A DNA stretch of 61,752 bases, filler included, from Jimgerdemannia flammicorona (lineage: Eukaryota): the NCBI GenBank assembly GCA_003990765.1. It is 2 parts of 2 records of this genome, joined end to end, with 100 filler letters (N's around TTAATTAATTAA, not from the genome) between each part and the next. Parts side by side here need not be neighbours in the genome. Positions count along the whole stretch, not along the records: positions 30,937 to 61,752 come from RBNJ01000423.1; 1 more part is not named here. The stretch is one strand, 5' to 3'. The translations under genes and the position numbers were made by a program. Under the pieces are notes generated by a model. The model saw nothing but the letters and a program-made list of their open reading frames with translations, made no database searches and was not told where the DNA came from. Shown piece by piece: positions 50,215 to 61,752 of this stretch. Numbering within the stretch: the first letter of the stretch is position 1; every line of letters starts with the position of its first letter.

Positions 50215-52250
50215 CATATTCCTGAACTAAGTCAGTAGCATTCTGGAGATTGGTCTTGGGTTCCCATATTGCATCATGGATTGGGTAACCTTTCTATTTG
50301 ACAAGGTACTCAGGGTGCTTCTTGTTGCCATGTTTGTTGAGGATTTGTTCAACTTCATATTCTTCTTGGTCATTAATTATGATAGGTACAGGTGGTTTGG
50401 TAGTCTGGTTGTTGAGGTGGTGCAGAGTGGTAACAGTTGCTCATGTTGCTGTTCAGGGTTTTCAGTTAGGGCAGGCACTAGCCATGTGTCCTGTCTTTTG
50501 GCAATAGAAGTATGCTCCACTTCTTTGAAGTTCATTCCTTTCTCCTTCAGTGAGTTTCTTGAAGATACTCGGCTGAGTAGGTTCATGATTTCTAGGTATC
50601 CATGAGGTGGATGTGGAGGGAGCTTGGGATGCTTCATGCTTGGGTTCTTCTTTCTTGGTCCAAGTCTTTTTCTTATTGTTGAATTGTCTTCAGGGCAGAA
50701 TTGGTCCAGCTGTTAGGATTTGCTTGACCATTGTCTTAATTCTTGCCAGGCACTATTGTTGGTGATCATAACCCACTGAGCGGCCTTGTTCTCGGATTTT
50801 TCTAGTAAGCCATTCAGGCAGTACATCAAATAAATGGTCTGCTCTTATACTATTTCATGCTTCATCATTGGCAATATATCCTAGACCAATAGTATTCAGG
50901 AGTGACTCGAGTTTGGTACTGAAGGTTTCAAATTCTTCTTTGCCATATACATCAAATTTGAGGTTGTAGAGTTTTACTTGAAATTCAGCAATCATGGTTT
51001 CACTGCTGTATTGAGCAATCATAAGTTGTTTAAGTCCAGGGGCTGCAGGATGGGCTCCATATCCTGGGGCATTGTTTGCTACATTCTGAGCAACTACTAC
51101 AGGTCAGGTGTCCCATGTGAGGGGTTTTTCAGGAAGGGTTTGCCACCTTTCTTTGGCAGGTCCTCAGAATAATGTAACAACTTGACAGACATAGGCTGTG
51201 GTGGTAGCAAAGAGTTGTTCCAGAGTGTGGTCTTGATTGTTTGTCAGAATGCAGTCAGCAACTCACTCATTTGTCCATTGATTGGCTTTGAAGTTGGTAT
51301 AAACTATACTAATGAAGCTTTGGACTTTTTGTGCAGTACTATTGAAGGTAGATAGGCTCAGATTTTTGGTAGGTCAGATCTGTTCAGCTAGGGCAGTAAT
51401 GGTTGCTACCATTATAGCTATCTGTACTGTGAGGTCTAGAATCTGTTGGTTTGCTATGTTGTTTACTGGAGGTGGTTGGACTGCTGGTAGTGGTGTTACT
51501 GGTACTACTTGAGGTACTGGTGCAAAGTGTGATGGAGTTCTTTGGGTCTGTGTAAGTTGCTGGAGTAATAGTTGTGGGTCTGGAGTGAGGGCTCGATAGA
51601 TAGCTGTTTGTTGCTATATAGGTGTATTCTGTCCTGATAGAGATGCTTCTCCTTCAGTAGTGTATCTGGGATCGAACTCACTGAGATACTCCTCCTCTTC
51701 TTTGGTTTGGTCCCTGTGTAATTGGGTTTGCTTGGCATCAAAGTAGACAGAATCAGTTGTGTATCTGATTTCAGATGGACTTAATTCAAAGTCAAGTTCT
51801 GGTTCAGTATTGGTTTCAGATTCAGGTAGAGCTGTAGCAGAGCCTACTTCTGGTTCTGGATCAAGTAGTTGATGAAGGGTTTCTCTTGCTTCTTCTTTAA
51901 GAATATGGTGGGCCTTGCTGTTCTGGAATCGATAGTATAATGCAGTCTTGGTCCTGGTATGGTGAAAGTCAGTAGAGTTGAGCCACTTGGCTACAGAGGC
52001 TTGGACTTCATGAGAAACTAAGGCTAGAAAGACTGCTGCTGGTTGTCCTAGGTTGCTCGGATTTGTGGAGCTGACAAAACTCTTGTTGAGAAAAGTAAAG
52101 AAGACTTCTATAAGACCTTCTTCATCTTGACTTGCTGGGTGTAGAGCAAGGAGTTCGGTAAATAGGGTTTCACCTATTTGCTGATTTAACTAGAGTATTT
52201 CTTTCTTCGAATGAAGTTTGTCTCACTTGTTGCAGGTGTGGAGGTCAAAT
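50215..52250 (-). pseudogene. gag with zinc knuckle fused in frame to a chromodomain
   Basis: (C>Y)FYCQKTGHMASACP continues in the same frame to PPVPIIINDQEEYEVEQILNKHGNKKHPEYLVK*KGYPIHDAIWEPKTNL. Confidence 0.85.
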
Positions 52251-53105
52251 TGTCCTTGTACATTAGGTTCAATTCTCTCCAGATTGTCAGATGGTTCAGG
52301 ATAAATTCCAGTTTAGAGGTTGGGCTTTATACCAACTTATAGGAATTCGCAGAGGGGTTTGTAGTGGGGTGAGGAAGTATCTTGAAGTAGAATTGGATTG
52401 TAAATCACTGCTACTAAGTTGTAAGAGAGTTGCTTTTTAGGGTAACTATTACATAGTTCTGAGAGAGTTTTCTAGAAGTTCTGGATATTCTAGAAGACTG
52501 TTTTCTTATAGTCAGGATCAATTTCATATAGAGTACATCCTCTACACTTATTGATTTCAAGATCAGGTTGATGTCTCAACCAAAGTCCCTTTCTGGACTA
52601 GTTCTGGATGTTCAGGATTTTCCATATTTCAGGAAGTTCAAAAGACTAAGACCAGTTTAGTTAAATTGGCATATCACTGCAGACAATACTCAATTAGGAA
52701 ATTTCGTAATGGGGTTAGGAGTGGGACCTAACAGAGAGTGGATTTACTTAAGAGGGATTTGTGGGTTATTATATAGGTTTATTCACTATTTATGATATTA
52801 CTATACTAGAAGTAGTTGTATAAAGAGGTATTGTGGGAAAGTGTTCAGGAATGTTCTTGTGTATTCAAGTCTGTTCAAGTCTAAGATTCTGAGGTTTGGG
52901 GGAGGGGGTATTTATACTAGTGAGGGGCTATCTGGACTATGCTAAATATGAATGTAACACTAAGTGCCTTGCTGAGTTGGAATGCAGTCATGTAGTACAA
53001 GAGTGATCTGACATATCAAGAGATTGTCTAACTGCTGAGTCAGTTCACAGTCACATTGTATAAGGCTAATCTAACTATGCTATGACTGCTAAGCTATTTA
53101 TAGTT

Positions 53106-54300
53106 TTAGGTACTATCTGGGTAGTCTTCGATGACATTACCATCAATTGTATCATCTCTGATAAAGTAGTCATCTAGGAAGAGTAGTTCATGGATTACTT
53201 CTTCTTGTTTACTGAGATAGTAATACATTGGGACTTTGTCTCCATCCCACAAGATGGTATCATCTGTCTTGTATGCTGGATAGGGTGTTGGTGGGCAAAG
53301 GAGGGGTGCATTATCTTCGCTTTTATCAGATTTACTGTCTGTATACCTTCTGTAGGTTACAGTACTATGAGTTGTGGGATTGTAGTAAGCTGGTGGCTGT
53401 GGTTCATATCGCTCATATTCAGGTAGTGGAGTGGTTGGTTCCATGTCAAGGGTTGTCTGAAGATATAGGTTGTGTTCTCTGGTCTCTTCATTATAGTTGA
53501 AGTAGTCAGGGGTGAATATGGGTTGGTATTCATGCTAGTGGTCATTGTCCCAATAAGTCTCATAGACAGTTATAAACTGTTGTAAGTTCATTGACAAGGT
53601 TGGCAGTATGATCAGGGTTGGTAGAGATCCTTAGCTAGAAGTTATGTCAGCATCAGAGGGATCATTGTCTTCTGCTTCATCTTCATCAAAGTGGATTATA
53701 TCATAGATGTCCTTTATAGAATAACCAACTTGAGGCATTTGCAGAATATGGTCATCAGGGTGCAGGAAGGTTCTGTCTGTGGTTTCAACATACTCAAGGT
53801 ACTTGTGGTTGAGTTCTTGTATCATGTCATTGATTTGGCCATAGGACAGGGTAGCAACCATTTTGGCAGTAGTAACTCAGAGGCAGGGAATAAAGGTACT
53901 GTACTCATAGAAGAGTTCTTAGTATTTGTGGGCAATGAGCTTCTGGTGTTGAGACATCTGGGTAATATCTATATCATAGTGGTGTTCGACCATGTCTTCC
54001 AGGAGGTAGCCAATTTGATAGTAGCTTGAGATTTGTCTGATTTGGTGGGCCTTATTAAGCATGTTCAGGGCATTCCATTAGGCTTTCACAAAGTAGAAGG
54101 ATGCTAGGCTATGGATATTCATGAGGGGTGAAGGGGGTGTCGCTCAGTTGACAATAGCATTCCAAATGTCAGCGTGGATGCAATTGTAGATCTCTGTGGT
54201 CATATTTGTATGTTTGGAAGTTATGGTTGTTATTTGTTTTGGTTCTCTGTTTCGATGTGTTTCGGAGCTCAGTATATATACATTTGATCCTGATTGGTAA
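53106..54300 (-). pseudogene. LTR-embedded accessory ORF of element B (second copy at ~48631-49860)
   Basis: ORFs 53106..53444 and 53631..53861 and the upstream sequence share one frame, with only transition-type stops; acidic C-terminus. Confidence 0.65.
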
Positions 54301-54479
54301 GATTCCATTTGTGTGAATCTTATATTCCATGACTTTGTATTGACTCAGCTTTGTGATTGAGCAGGTGATTTCCAGATTTGTTCAAAGGTTGTATATGATT
54401 TCAGTGGCTTGTTCAGAGGGTGATGTGTAATTTCAGTAGCTTGGAGGTTGTGCACTTACACTTGGCTTATCTTGTTCCT

Positions 54480-54850
54480 TTAGTTAGTTCAGAGACTTCT
54501 TGTAACTATGGGATCTTGACCTTCATGAAGACTGCTTGGGCAATCTTCTGTCCTCTAATGATTCAGTACTATTCTGTACTACTGTTGTATAAGATAACCT
54601 TGATTTCGCCTGTATATCCTGGGTCAATAGTTCCTCCTTCCACAGTTATTCCTTGTCTGGTAAGTCCAGACCTTGAGGTCAGTTGAATGTAAGATCCTTT
54701 GGGTGGCTGCATGACTAATCTGGTTCTGATTATGAAGGTTTTCCCAGATTTGATAGATTCATCCTCCAGACTGTAAAGATTATATCCTACATCTTCTGGG
54801 TGGGCTTTGGTTGGGGGTTTGGCCTTAGGGTGCAGCAGGGCATACTGGGC
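54480..54850 (-). pseudogene. dUTPase domain of element C
   Basis: LLHPKAKPPTKAHPEDVGYNL, SRSGL, GGTIDPGYTGEIKV, KIAQAV. Confidence 0.9.
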
Positions 54851-56149
54851 AATATCCTTACTGAGTTCGGGCTTTCTTAAGGCTGAAGCTCCACTAGCAG
54901 AGAGCCTCCAAGCTCTGAGGTTGAGGTGTGGCCATCTGGCTCCAGTGAAAAGGTCTCGGAGGTAGTTAATTCTCCTTCTTCCTATAGGGTCTAGGGCTTC
55001 CATGAAGTTAATGGCATCTTCTGTCCATCCTTGATAGATTGTATGTCTGATGAGAGCTAGGATGTCTTCTCTCAAATTATAGATCTTGAGGATTATTTTT
55101 CCTGGCTTCTTGGTCTGGCTTTTTCAGATCTAGCTTTGGTTATCTCTTCTCTTCAAGGTGTAGACTACAACATCATGGCTGAGATGGATCTTCTGACACC
55201 TGCAATCTCAGCAGTCTGAGTGTCTTTCATGGTTATAATATCCCATTGCTCAGAAATGATGTTCCTGGCTATTGATCTCTTGTTGCCTTGAGAATTGGTA
55301 CCCATCTTGATCATAAGTGGGTGGAAGAGTAGATAAGGGATATATTTCTGTCCAGGTGAAGAAGTCTTATCCCCTGAATCAGCTTTGCAATTTGATGGTA
55401 ACTTCTTGAAAGGTGGTTGACTATGCAAGTGTGTTCAGGGGTTCTGGTCTCTGGGGTCTCTGTCTCTTCTATTGGTCTAGTAAATGGCACTGATAGCAGT
55501 AGTCTCAGGGAGAGTGGAAGACCATTTGGTATGGACATCTTCCTAGCTGAAAAGCTTTTTCTTGGTGAGTCTCTTTCTTGGGGATAATGGTAATTATACT
55601 GGATCCTTCTTCTATGTTCCAAGGGTCATTGTCCTCAGATGGTGTCTATCAAGGATCATCTCAGAGAATGAGTTCAGAGACTTCTTCCTCCTTGGGTACT
55701 TCTTGTTCAGAAACTTCTTGGTTAGAAGTTTCTTCTTCCTCAGATGATTCTTGATCCCAAATCACTTGTACTTCTGTAGCTTCAGTTGCAGGTATTTCTG
55801 GAATATGTCTGCATTTCTTCTTCTTCTTTCTGTACTCTGGGCAGGCTGTATTGGGAAATTTCCTTATTCCCATAATCTTAGAGAAGTGCTTGGGACACTT
55901 GTGTCTCTTGAGACATATAGAGCATCCTTTGGCTTCTTCTGCAATGGCTCTAATGATGATAGGGATAGTGTTTTTGGCTCACACATTGTCTTCTGGTCTG
56001 TCATCCACCAGGTTAATTCGGGAATTAAGTCTAGGATCATTTCTATCTTCAGATTCTTCTTTCTCTTCTATAGTAGACTCCTCACTACTGACATATTCTT
56101 CCTGAATAGTGACCTTCTTTTTCTTTTTTGATTGTTCATAACTAGTTAT

Positions 56150-58220
56150 CTTAACTCTATACTTCTTGCCTCAGTAGTCAAACTTGAGTACCTGTTGACT
56201 GATGTCAACAACTGTATTCATTTCCTTCATCTAGTTAGTGCCAAGAATCATGTCTTAGGTAACAGCTTTGGTGATAACAGCTTTTGGGATAGAGAACTGA
56301 ATGTGTCCCAGAGAGATGGTAATATTTTGTACTTCTCCAAGGGGTTGAGTTCAGACTCTATCTGCCACTATGATGCTGAGGTTGGATGGTCCATCAATGG
56401 GCCATTGGAGGGTGTCCAGGAACTATTTGGTAATAATACAGATAGCTGCTCCTGTATCTATGAGAATCTTCGCCTTTTGTCCTCCAATATCTCCATATAA
56501 GTAGGTGCTGACATGTCTTTCTGTGGCCTGAATAGGAATAGAAGCTGGTTCTTGCTGTGGGATGGGAACTCGGCCAGTGCTAGATCTGGTGGTTCTCAGC
56601 AATTTAGTTTGGACTCCAGCTGGTGTCAGTTGCAGGAACTGCAGGAGGGGAACTTCTATCTTGACCTTTTGAATCTTCTGCCAGGCTTTGTTGTAGATAT
56701 CTCTAGGCATGGTCTTTGGAGTATATTTCTTCTTGGGCTTTGGAGCAGCAGGTTCTCATTCTTCTTGTTCCATTTCTTCATCTTCTGGTAGTAGCTTATT
56801 TGTCTTGGGAACAAAAGGAGAGGGGTTTGGGGAGGTGTTTCTATCTGCTCCTCTTCATGTTCTTCATTCTCCTCTTGGATAATTCTTCTGCTAATATTCC
56901 TGGAGGGCCTTCCTATAGGTCTCTTCCTCTTTTCTACTGAGTAGACTGTTTTCCAGGTGATAACTTTGGTAGGGTATAAGTCTAGGTCACTATAGTCTTC
57001 ACTATTGCTGGCTTCCTTGAAATCTTCAACAGAATGGGCTTCAGTCTTCTTGTACTGAGTGTCATTCCTTCAGTTTGATGGTTCTGAGTCCCTTCTGTCA
57101 CTTCTTTTATTATCATATTCAGTGGCATAATGTCCAAATTATCTACAGTAGAAGCATTGGACTTGGGTTCTGTCTCAGACAGAGTACCTTATTTCTTTCT
57201 GTTGGTAATTCCTATTATCTCTTGGTGGATAGCCTTGGCTTCTCTGTGGTAGGTATCCCTTGTTGTCTTAGTAGCCCCGATTTTTGCATATGGTGAGTTT
57301 TTCAATCTGTCCAACCAATTGGTCCAACTTGGAGGTGAGGTCTTGGATTTTGCTTCTGTCCTTCTTTCCTTCCTTGGCTGGCCTTCTTTCTTTGGATCTT
57401 TCTTGTCCTTGAAGGAGTCCTTGTAGAGCTTTGACCAAGATATCTTCCTTATCTTCTTTCTTGTTATGATCACTCCAGGTAGTTCCTTGTCTGACATCAA
57501 AGAATCCTTGGGCTATATCTACTTGCTCTTCAGACCTTCTGATGCTTAGGGTGCAAATATGCTGGGCAATGTTTGGAGGAATTCCATTCATGAAGGTCAT
57601 TGAACCTATGATGTCCTGGTTGGTGGCATTGAACCTAGTAGCATACATTCTCTTCTGGATTCTTGTGAAGAAAGCTCTAGGTGATTCTCCAAGATTTATC
57701 TTCATCTCTATGATGGATTCTTGAGCCTTGTAGTGGGTTTCATTTCCTGTATACTTTTCAATGAGCCAGTGGACTATGGCCTCATATTCTAGCTCATAAG
57801 ACATTGCTGCTTGTATCTGTCTTACCAGTTCTGAATCTGAGTTGTTTACTATTCGATAGAAAATTCCTCTGGCTGGTTCTCTGAGCTGGGCTTTGTAGAT
57901 GGCAATTTTTCTTTTATCTGAGAGATTCCTCAAGGCTGCAATTCCTTCAATTCTATCAAGGAATTCTCTGGGGTCTTTCTCTGGGTATCCTGTAAAGGTT
58001 GGCAATGAGGTGGCCATTTCATCATCACTTTCTTCTGATTCTGGTTTGGGTTCAGATTCCAATTCTGATTTACTTTCTGAACTGTCACTGGGGATGTGAG
58101 TGCTTGGGTATCTTGAGGATGGTGTTCTGGACCTTGGGTGAAGTGGAATAAGCCTAGGTATTCTTGTAGAAGCTACTTCCAATTCTGCAAGAGATTGTGA
58201 TAAAGGTTCTATTGGCAAGA
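56150..58220 (-). pseudogene. gag and protease of element C
   Basis: ORF 57268..58218 (capsid-like), a decayed CCHC near 57110-57160, and KILIDTGAAICII. Confidence 0.88.
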
Positions 58221-60404
58221 TTGATGGAACTGATATGGGGTGTCTGGCTGTAAGGTCTTGGGTTCATGTGATAAGATCTTCTAGTTCCTGTACAAGTTCT
58301 CCAAAATCTCTAGCAGGGCTGCCTATATTCTCTAGTTGATCTGATTGGGGATTTTGGGCTATACTGCCTCTTGCTTCTGATTGAGATCCTTCTGATGCTG
58401 GGTAGTTGGCAAGTCTTGATATAATTACTTCTCTTCCTATCCAAATACTGGTAATAACTAGTTCTTCTGTAGTAGCAGAGATTGGTGTCATGTCAAATAT
58501 ATCTAGTTTGACTGTGGGTTCTTGTGAGCTAAAAAGTCACATTGATTTGAAATCTTCCCAGTTGAGCCCCCAAATATAATATGCCAACTCAATGGAGGTA
58601 AATTACAAGGTTGGGGGTTGATGTAGTTTGGCTTAAGCCCCTAGTTACTTTGTCAAAAAGCAACAAAATGTTCTAAGATTCCTGAGATTCTTGATATTTA
58701 GTGGTATAATAGTCAAAACTAGATATCTGTAAGCAATTTGTATGTTGATTTCTTAATTGGGACAGTTCTCTGAGTATAGTGGTGATTTGTATGTATGAAT
58801 GGGTTTCCTTCTTAGGTCAACTGGGAATGCTGCAATTTTGTATAGCAAGGCAATCTCTAAAAATATATGATTTCTGACATATCAATCTCTTGTATAGCAT
58901 GATGATCTCTCAAGCATGATAGTCTAGCAATTTAGAGGTTCTTCTTCTTGGGTGGCAGGTGATCTCTGTGTAGTGCGGTGGGTTCCTTATGTAGAATGTT
59001 CTGATAATTTGACAGGTAGCTTGATTTGGCTCACTGGAAATTATACTGGCATAGTTTCTTCTGTACTGAGCTTACTGGGAACAACAGATAGCTCAGATGG
59101 CACGAATCAGGCTCTTCTGGGGATATAGATGACTAGAAAACAGCAAATGACACAGATTCTCCTGAATCAGTGAGCTTTAATTGAGAATGCAGATAACTTG
59201 GAAATAGTAGCTTATTCCTTAAGTGGCAGATTACTCAAAAGGCAGTGAAGTTCTTTCTTGAACTTGGACAGTAAATTTTCAGGCTTATCTGGTAAGCAAA
59301 CCAACAATGGTGGCTATTCCTTAGTGGCAGACTTTTCTTCAGACTTATCTAGTAAGCAACCCAATAATAATAATTCCAAAAGTGGCAAAGTTCTTCACTT
59401 GAACTTGGTGGCAAAATCTTCAAGCTTTATATTGGAAAGTGGACCAGAGTGGGGAAATAAGCTTGCAATCTCCTAGTAGTGACTATAGAGTTCCTCTCAA
59501 AGTGTGGTAGGCAGACTTATCTTTTGCTTCAATTTTGGACTGAGGTTTATTCACTCTTGTCTCTGGAGTAATTTATACAAGTTGGTTGCTATCTGGTTGC
59601 TATGTAGCTAACTATAGATCTGCTACTTATGGCAGGTATATAGAGTCTGTATGGTGTACAGAGTCTGTATAGATAAACAGACCCTATCTGGTATATCTGG
59701 CTAATTATATAGTTTCCACAACAATGGTTGCTAATTACTATGCTGTATGCTCATGTCATCATTGTTCGCATTATCTGGCTAAGATATGATTTGGGTGGTA
59801 TATCTTGGTTTGTTACAATTTCTTGATCTATAAGTGTTTTCAGTCTAGACTGATGATGAGGTATAGAAGTACTACTTAATAAATATTATTAATACTAAGT
59901 AATTTAAAAATCTCTTTTATATATAGGAGAAATATCTTTTAAAAGAATTTTTTTTTTTTAGTTAAAGAGTTTACAAATAGTTTACAAACTCACTATAATA
60001 TATATAATACTCATATACATTAGTTATTGATATTTAGCTATAGTTATTTAACTAAAATTTGAAATTCTAGTAGAGAATTTTTTGTGTCTAAGATATTGAG
60101 GAATAAACTGAATATAGAGATCTAGCTCTAGTATAAGTAGATTTACCATATATATATTAAATAAACTCTTAATAAGATTAAGAGTTAGATTGACAGATAT
60201 TCCCAGATATCTTTTTTTACTTAATGAAGCATATTAAGTATAATTATTAAATAAATATTTATAAGAGATAGTTCCTATAGTATATTCTGAAGTTTAGTTA
60301 ATAAATGATGTGATTGTTAGTAAAAAATATTCATTTAAAAATAAGTAAAATTAATATGTATCCCTTAGATCATTATGCAGAAAAATTTGCCTATAAGTAA
60401 GCTA

Positions 60405-60475
60405 CTATAATCTATAAGCTGTAAGCTATAAGCTGCAAGCTGCAAGCTACAAGCCACAAGCCACAAAGCTATAAA
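60405..60475. repeat. 7-bp tandem repeat (CTGCAAG-like)
   Basis: ctataag ctgtaag ctataag ctgcaag ctgcaag ctacaag ccacaag. Confidence 0.75.
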
Positions 60476-60609
60476 GAGCAGTATGACATTCTTAGAAAAT
60501 AGTAAATAAGTAAAGAATCTATGAGAATTAAGTTATCTAAGGAATCTGTATATAATCAAGTTCTTTTAGTAGCTCTAAAATACTTTACTTAGTAAAATCC
60601 TTAATTTTA

Positions 60610-61752
60610 TTCAGCTCCTTTCTCCGCTACCTTACTGGTCACAAGGTTTGGTAGGTGATCTTCTGAGTCCCCTTTCCCCTATTATTACCCCCTCTACCTT
60701 GGGTTGGTTTGCTGTGCCTGCAGGGGCATGGTGGGAGGAGGGCAATGGTGATGAGTTATCTCTTTATTGGTGTCAGATCGGTACTTCCTCCACTTTTTTG
60801 CAGTTTCTGGTGCCTTCAGCTGTGTCTGGAGTGTACCCATTTTGGTGTGGCACCTTCTTCCTTTTGCCGTCACCAACAAGGTATTGTCTTAGTGTGTCTT
60901 GGACTATGTAGGGAGTTGGCCGACCTTGGGCGTCAAGTGCTCAGTATAGGTTACCTGCAGGTCCTCAGTGCCTGTGGTGGGGCCCTCTGGCTTTGGCGAG
61001 CTTCCCGGTAAGCATGGTTCTGGTATAGGTAACTGCTTTTTGGGTGTTGTCAGGATGGGAGGGGAGATGGCCATCACAGATAGGCAGAAGGGCGATTATG
61101 GTGAACCAGTAGAGTGCCAGGCTGAGAGTGGTCATCGGGGCTGGGGCAGGTGCTGCTTTGGTGGAGCCTTTTGATTGGTGTGGCATGGTTAGGTGGTCAG
61201 CAGGGTTGGGCCTCAGTCATCAGGGGGGGTCAGGAGGCCCAAGGCTACCCATTTCAGGTATCTTGGCTGCACTCAACTGGAACCAGAAGCTGACATAGTA
61301 ACATGATCGAGGCCCACAGGCTTGAGTAGTGGGGTATTGGGGGTTTCCTCCCGCCTCATGTGTAAGTCCTTTACTCACCTCAACTGGGAGAACCAGGTCC
61401 TACCCACTGTATTGTGCTTTGAGGAGGGTTTTTTATTTGCCTGTCATTCTTTTTGAGGTGGCAGGGGCTATTCTATTCAGCTCGGGCATGGTCTTGTACA
61501 TATGTTGGGTTCTCAGGTGTGCACTTTCAGTCGTTGGTGTATGGTTGGGATTTCCCTGGTGGTAGGGAGAGCATAGAGCACAGAATGAGATATGGGCCTA
61601 TCAGCCCTGCTGTGCCTAGCATGATCGAGCTGCTGGACAATAGCTAGCCTAGATTAATGGGGGGGCAGTGCTTGGTGGGTAGTGGGGGAGGGTTTTGGCC
61701 TATATAGTCTAGGTTCCCTTCTAATAAAAATCTGCAGGACATGAGTCTGTAA
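60610..61752. mobile_element. Unclassified CpG-depleted repeat; its end is shared with 9620-9745
   Basis: 61620-61740 aligns by eye with 9620-9745 (ctggacaatagcta...cctatatagtcta.gtt...taataaaaat); decayed reading frames on the minus strand. Confidence 0.45.

Larger units (their letters stand above)
47945..54460 (-). mobile_element. Non-autonomous LTR element B (2.04-kb LTRs, Gag-CCHC-chromodomain, no pol) nested in element C
   Basis: LTRs at 47945-49984 and 52420-54460; 5-bp TSD CTTGG (47940-47944 and 54461-54465); PPT AAGAAGGGGAGAGT; decayed PBS-like T(G>A)GTAGCAG. Confidence 0.93.
43263..59817 (-). mobile_element. Ty3/Gypsy LTR retrotransposon C (gag, PR, dUTPase, RT, RNase H, IN, accessory ORF), interrupted by element B
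   Basis: LTRs at 43263-44481 and 58575-59817; PBS TGGGGGCTC (tRNA-Pro type) near 58564-58572; gag LPTFTGYPEKDPREFL, PR ILIDTGA, RT YMDD, IN QTNGITERMN. No clean TSD seen. Confidence 0.93.

Noticed and set aside
59830..59890. CTGATGA after the palindrome CAGTCTAGACTG as a hammerhead ribozyme relic
   Set aside because: No GAAA core or convincing stems II/III remain; too decayed to support.

Overview
Eukaryotic, almost certainly fungal, genomic DNA: it has spliceosomal GT-AG introns with CTRAC/CTAAC branch sites. An early-diverging (Mucoromycota-like) host is my inference only. Two contigs are joined by an artificial N44-TTAATTAATTAA-N44 spacer at 30837-30936. Most of the window is transposon DNA decayed by C>T/G>A transitions: a full hAT DNA transposon (312-6608) and a truncated second copy (27763-30836), a Copia relic, and three Ty3/Gypsy LTR elements (A 17739-26601; C 43263-59817; B 47945-54460, nested in C). 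CpG-rich gene islands hold a TPR-SET protein, a TPR pseudogene, a DUF1348/NTF2-like gene, an Sds22-like orphan exon and several unknown genes. Two candidate novel systems stand out. (1) The hAT element carries a spliced TET/JBP-like 2OG-Fe(II) dioxygenase cargo gene convergent with its transposase; the two decayed copies together restore the HxD...H iron triad. (2) All three Gypsy families carry a mutually similar accessory ORF with an acidic tail at their 3' end; in A and B it lies inside 1.6-2.0 kb LTRs. Element B is also a pol-less Gag-CCHC-chromodomain fusion, and A and C carry a dUTPase. All domain calls come from reading motifs by eye; no database searches were run.
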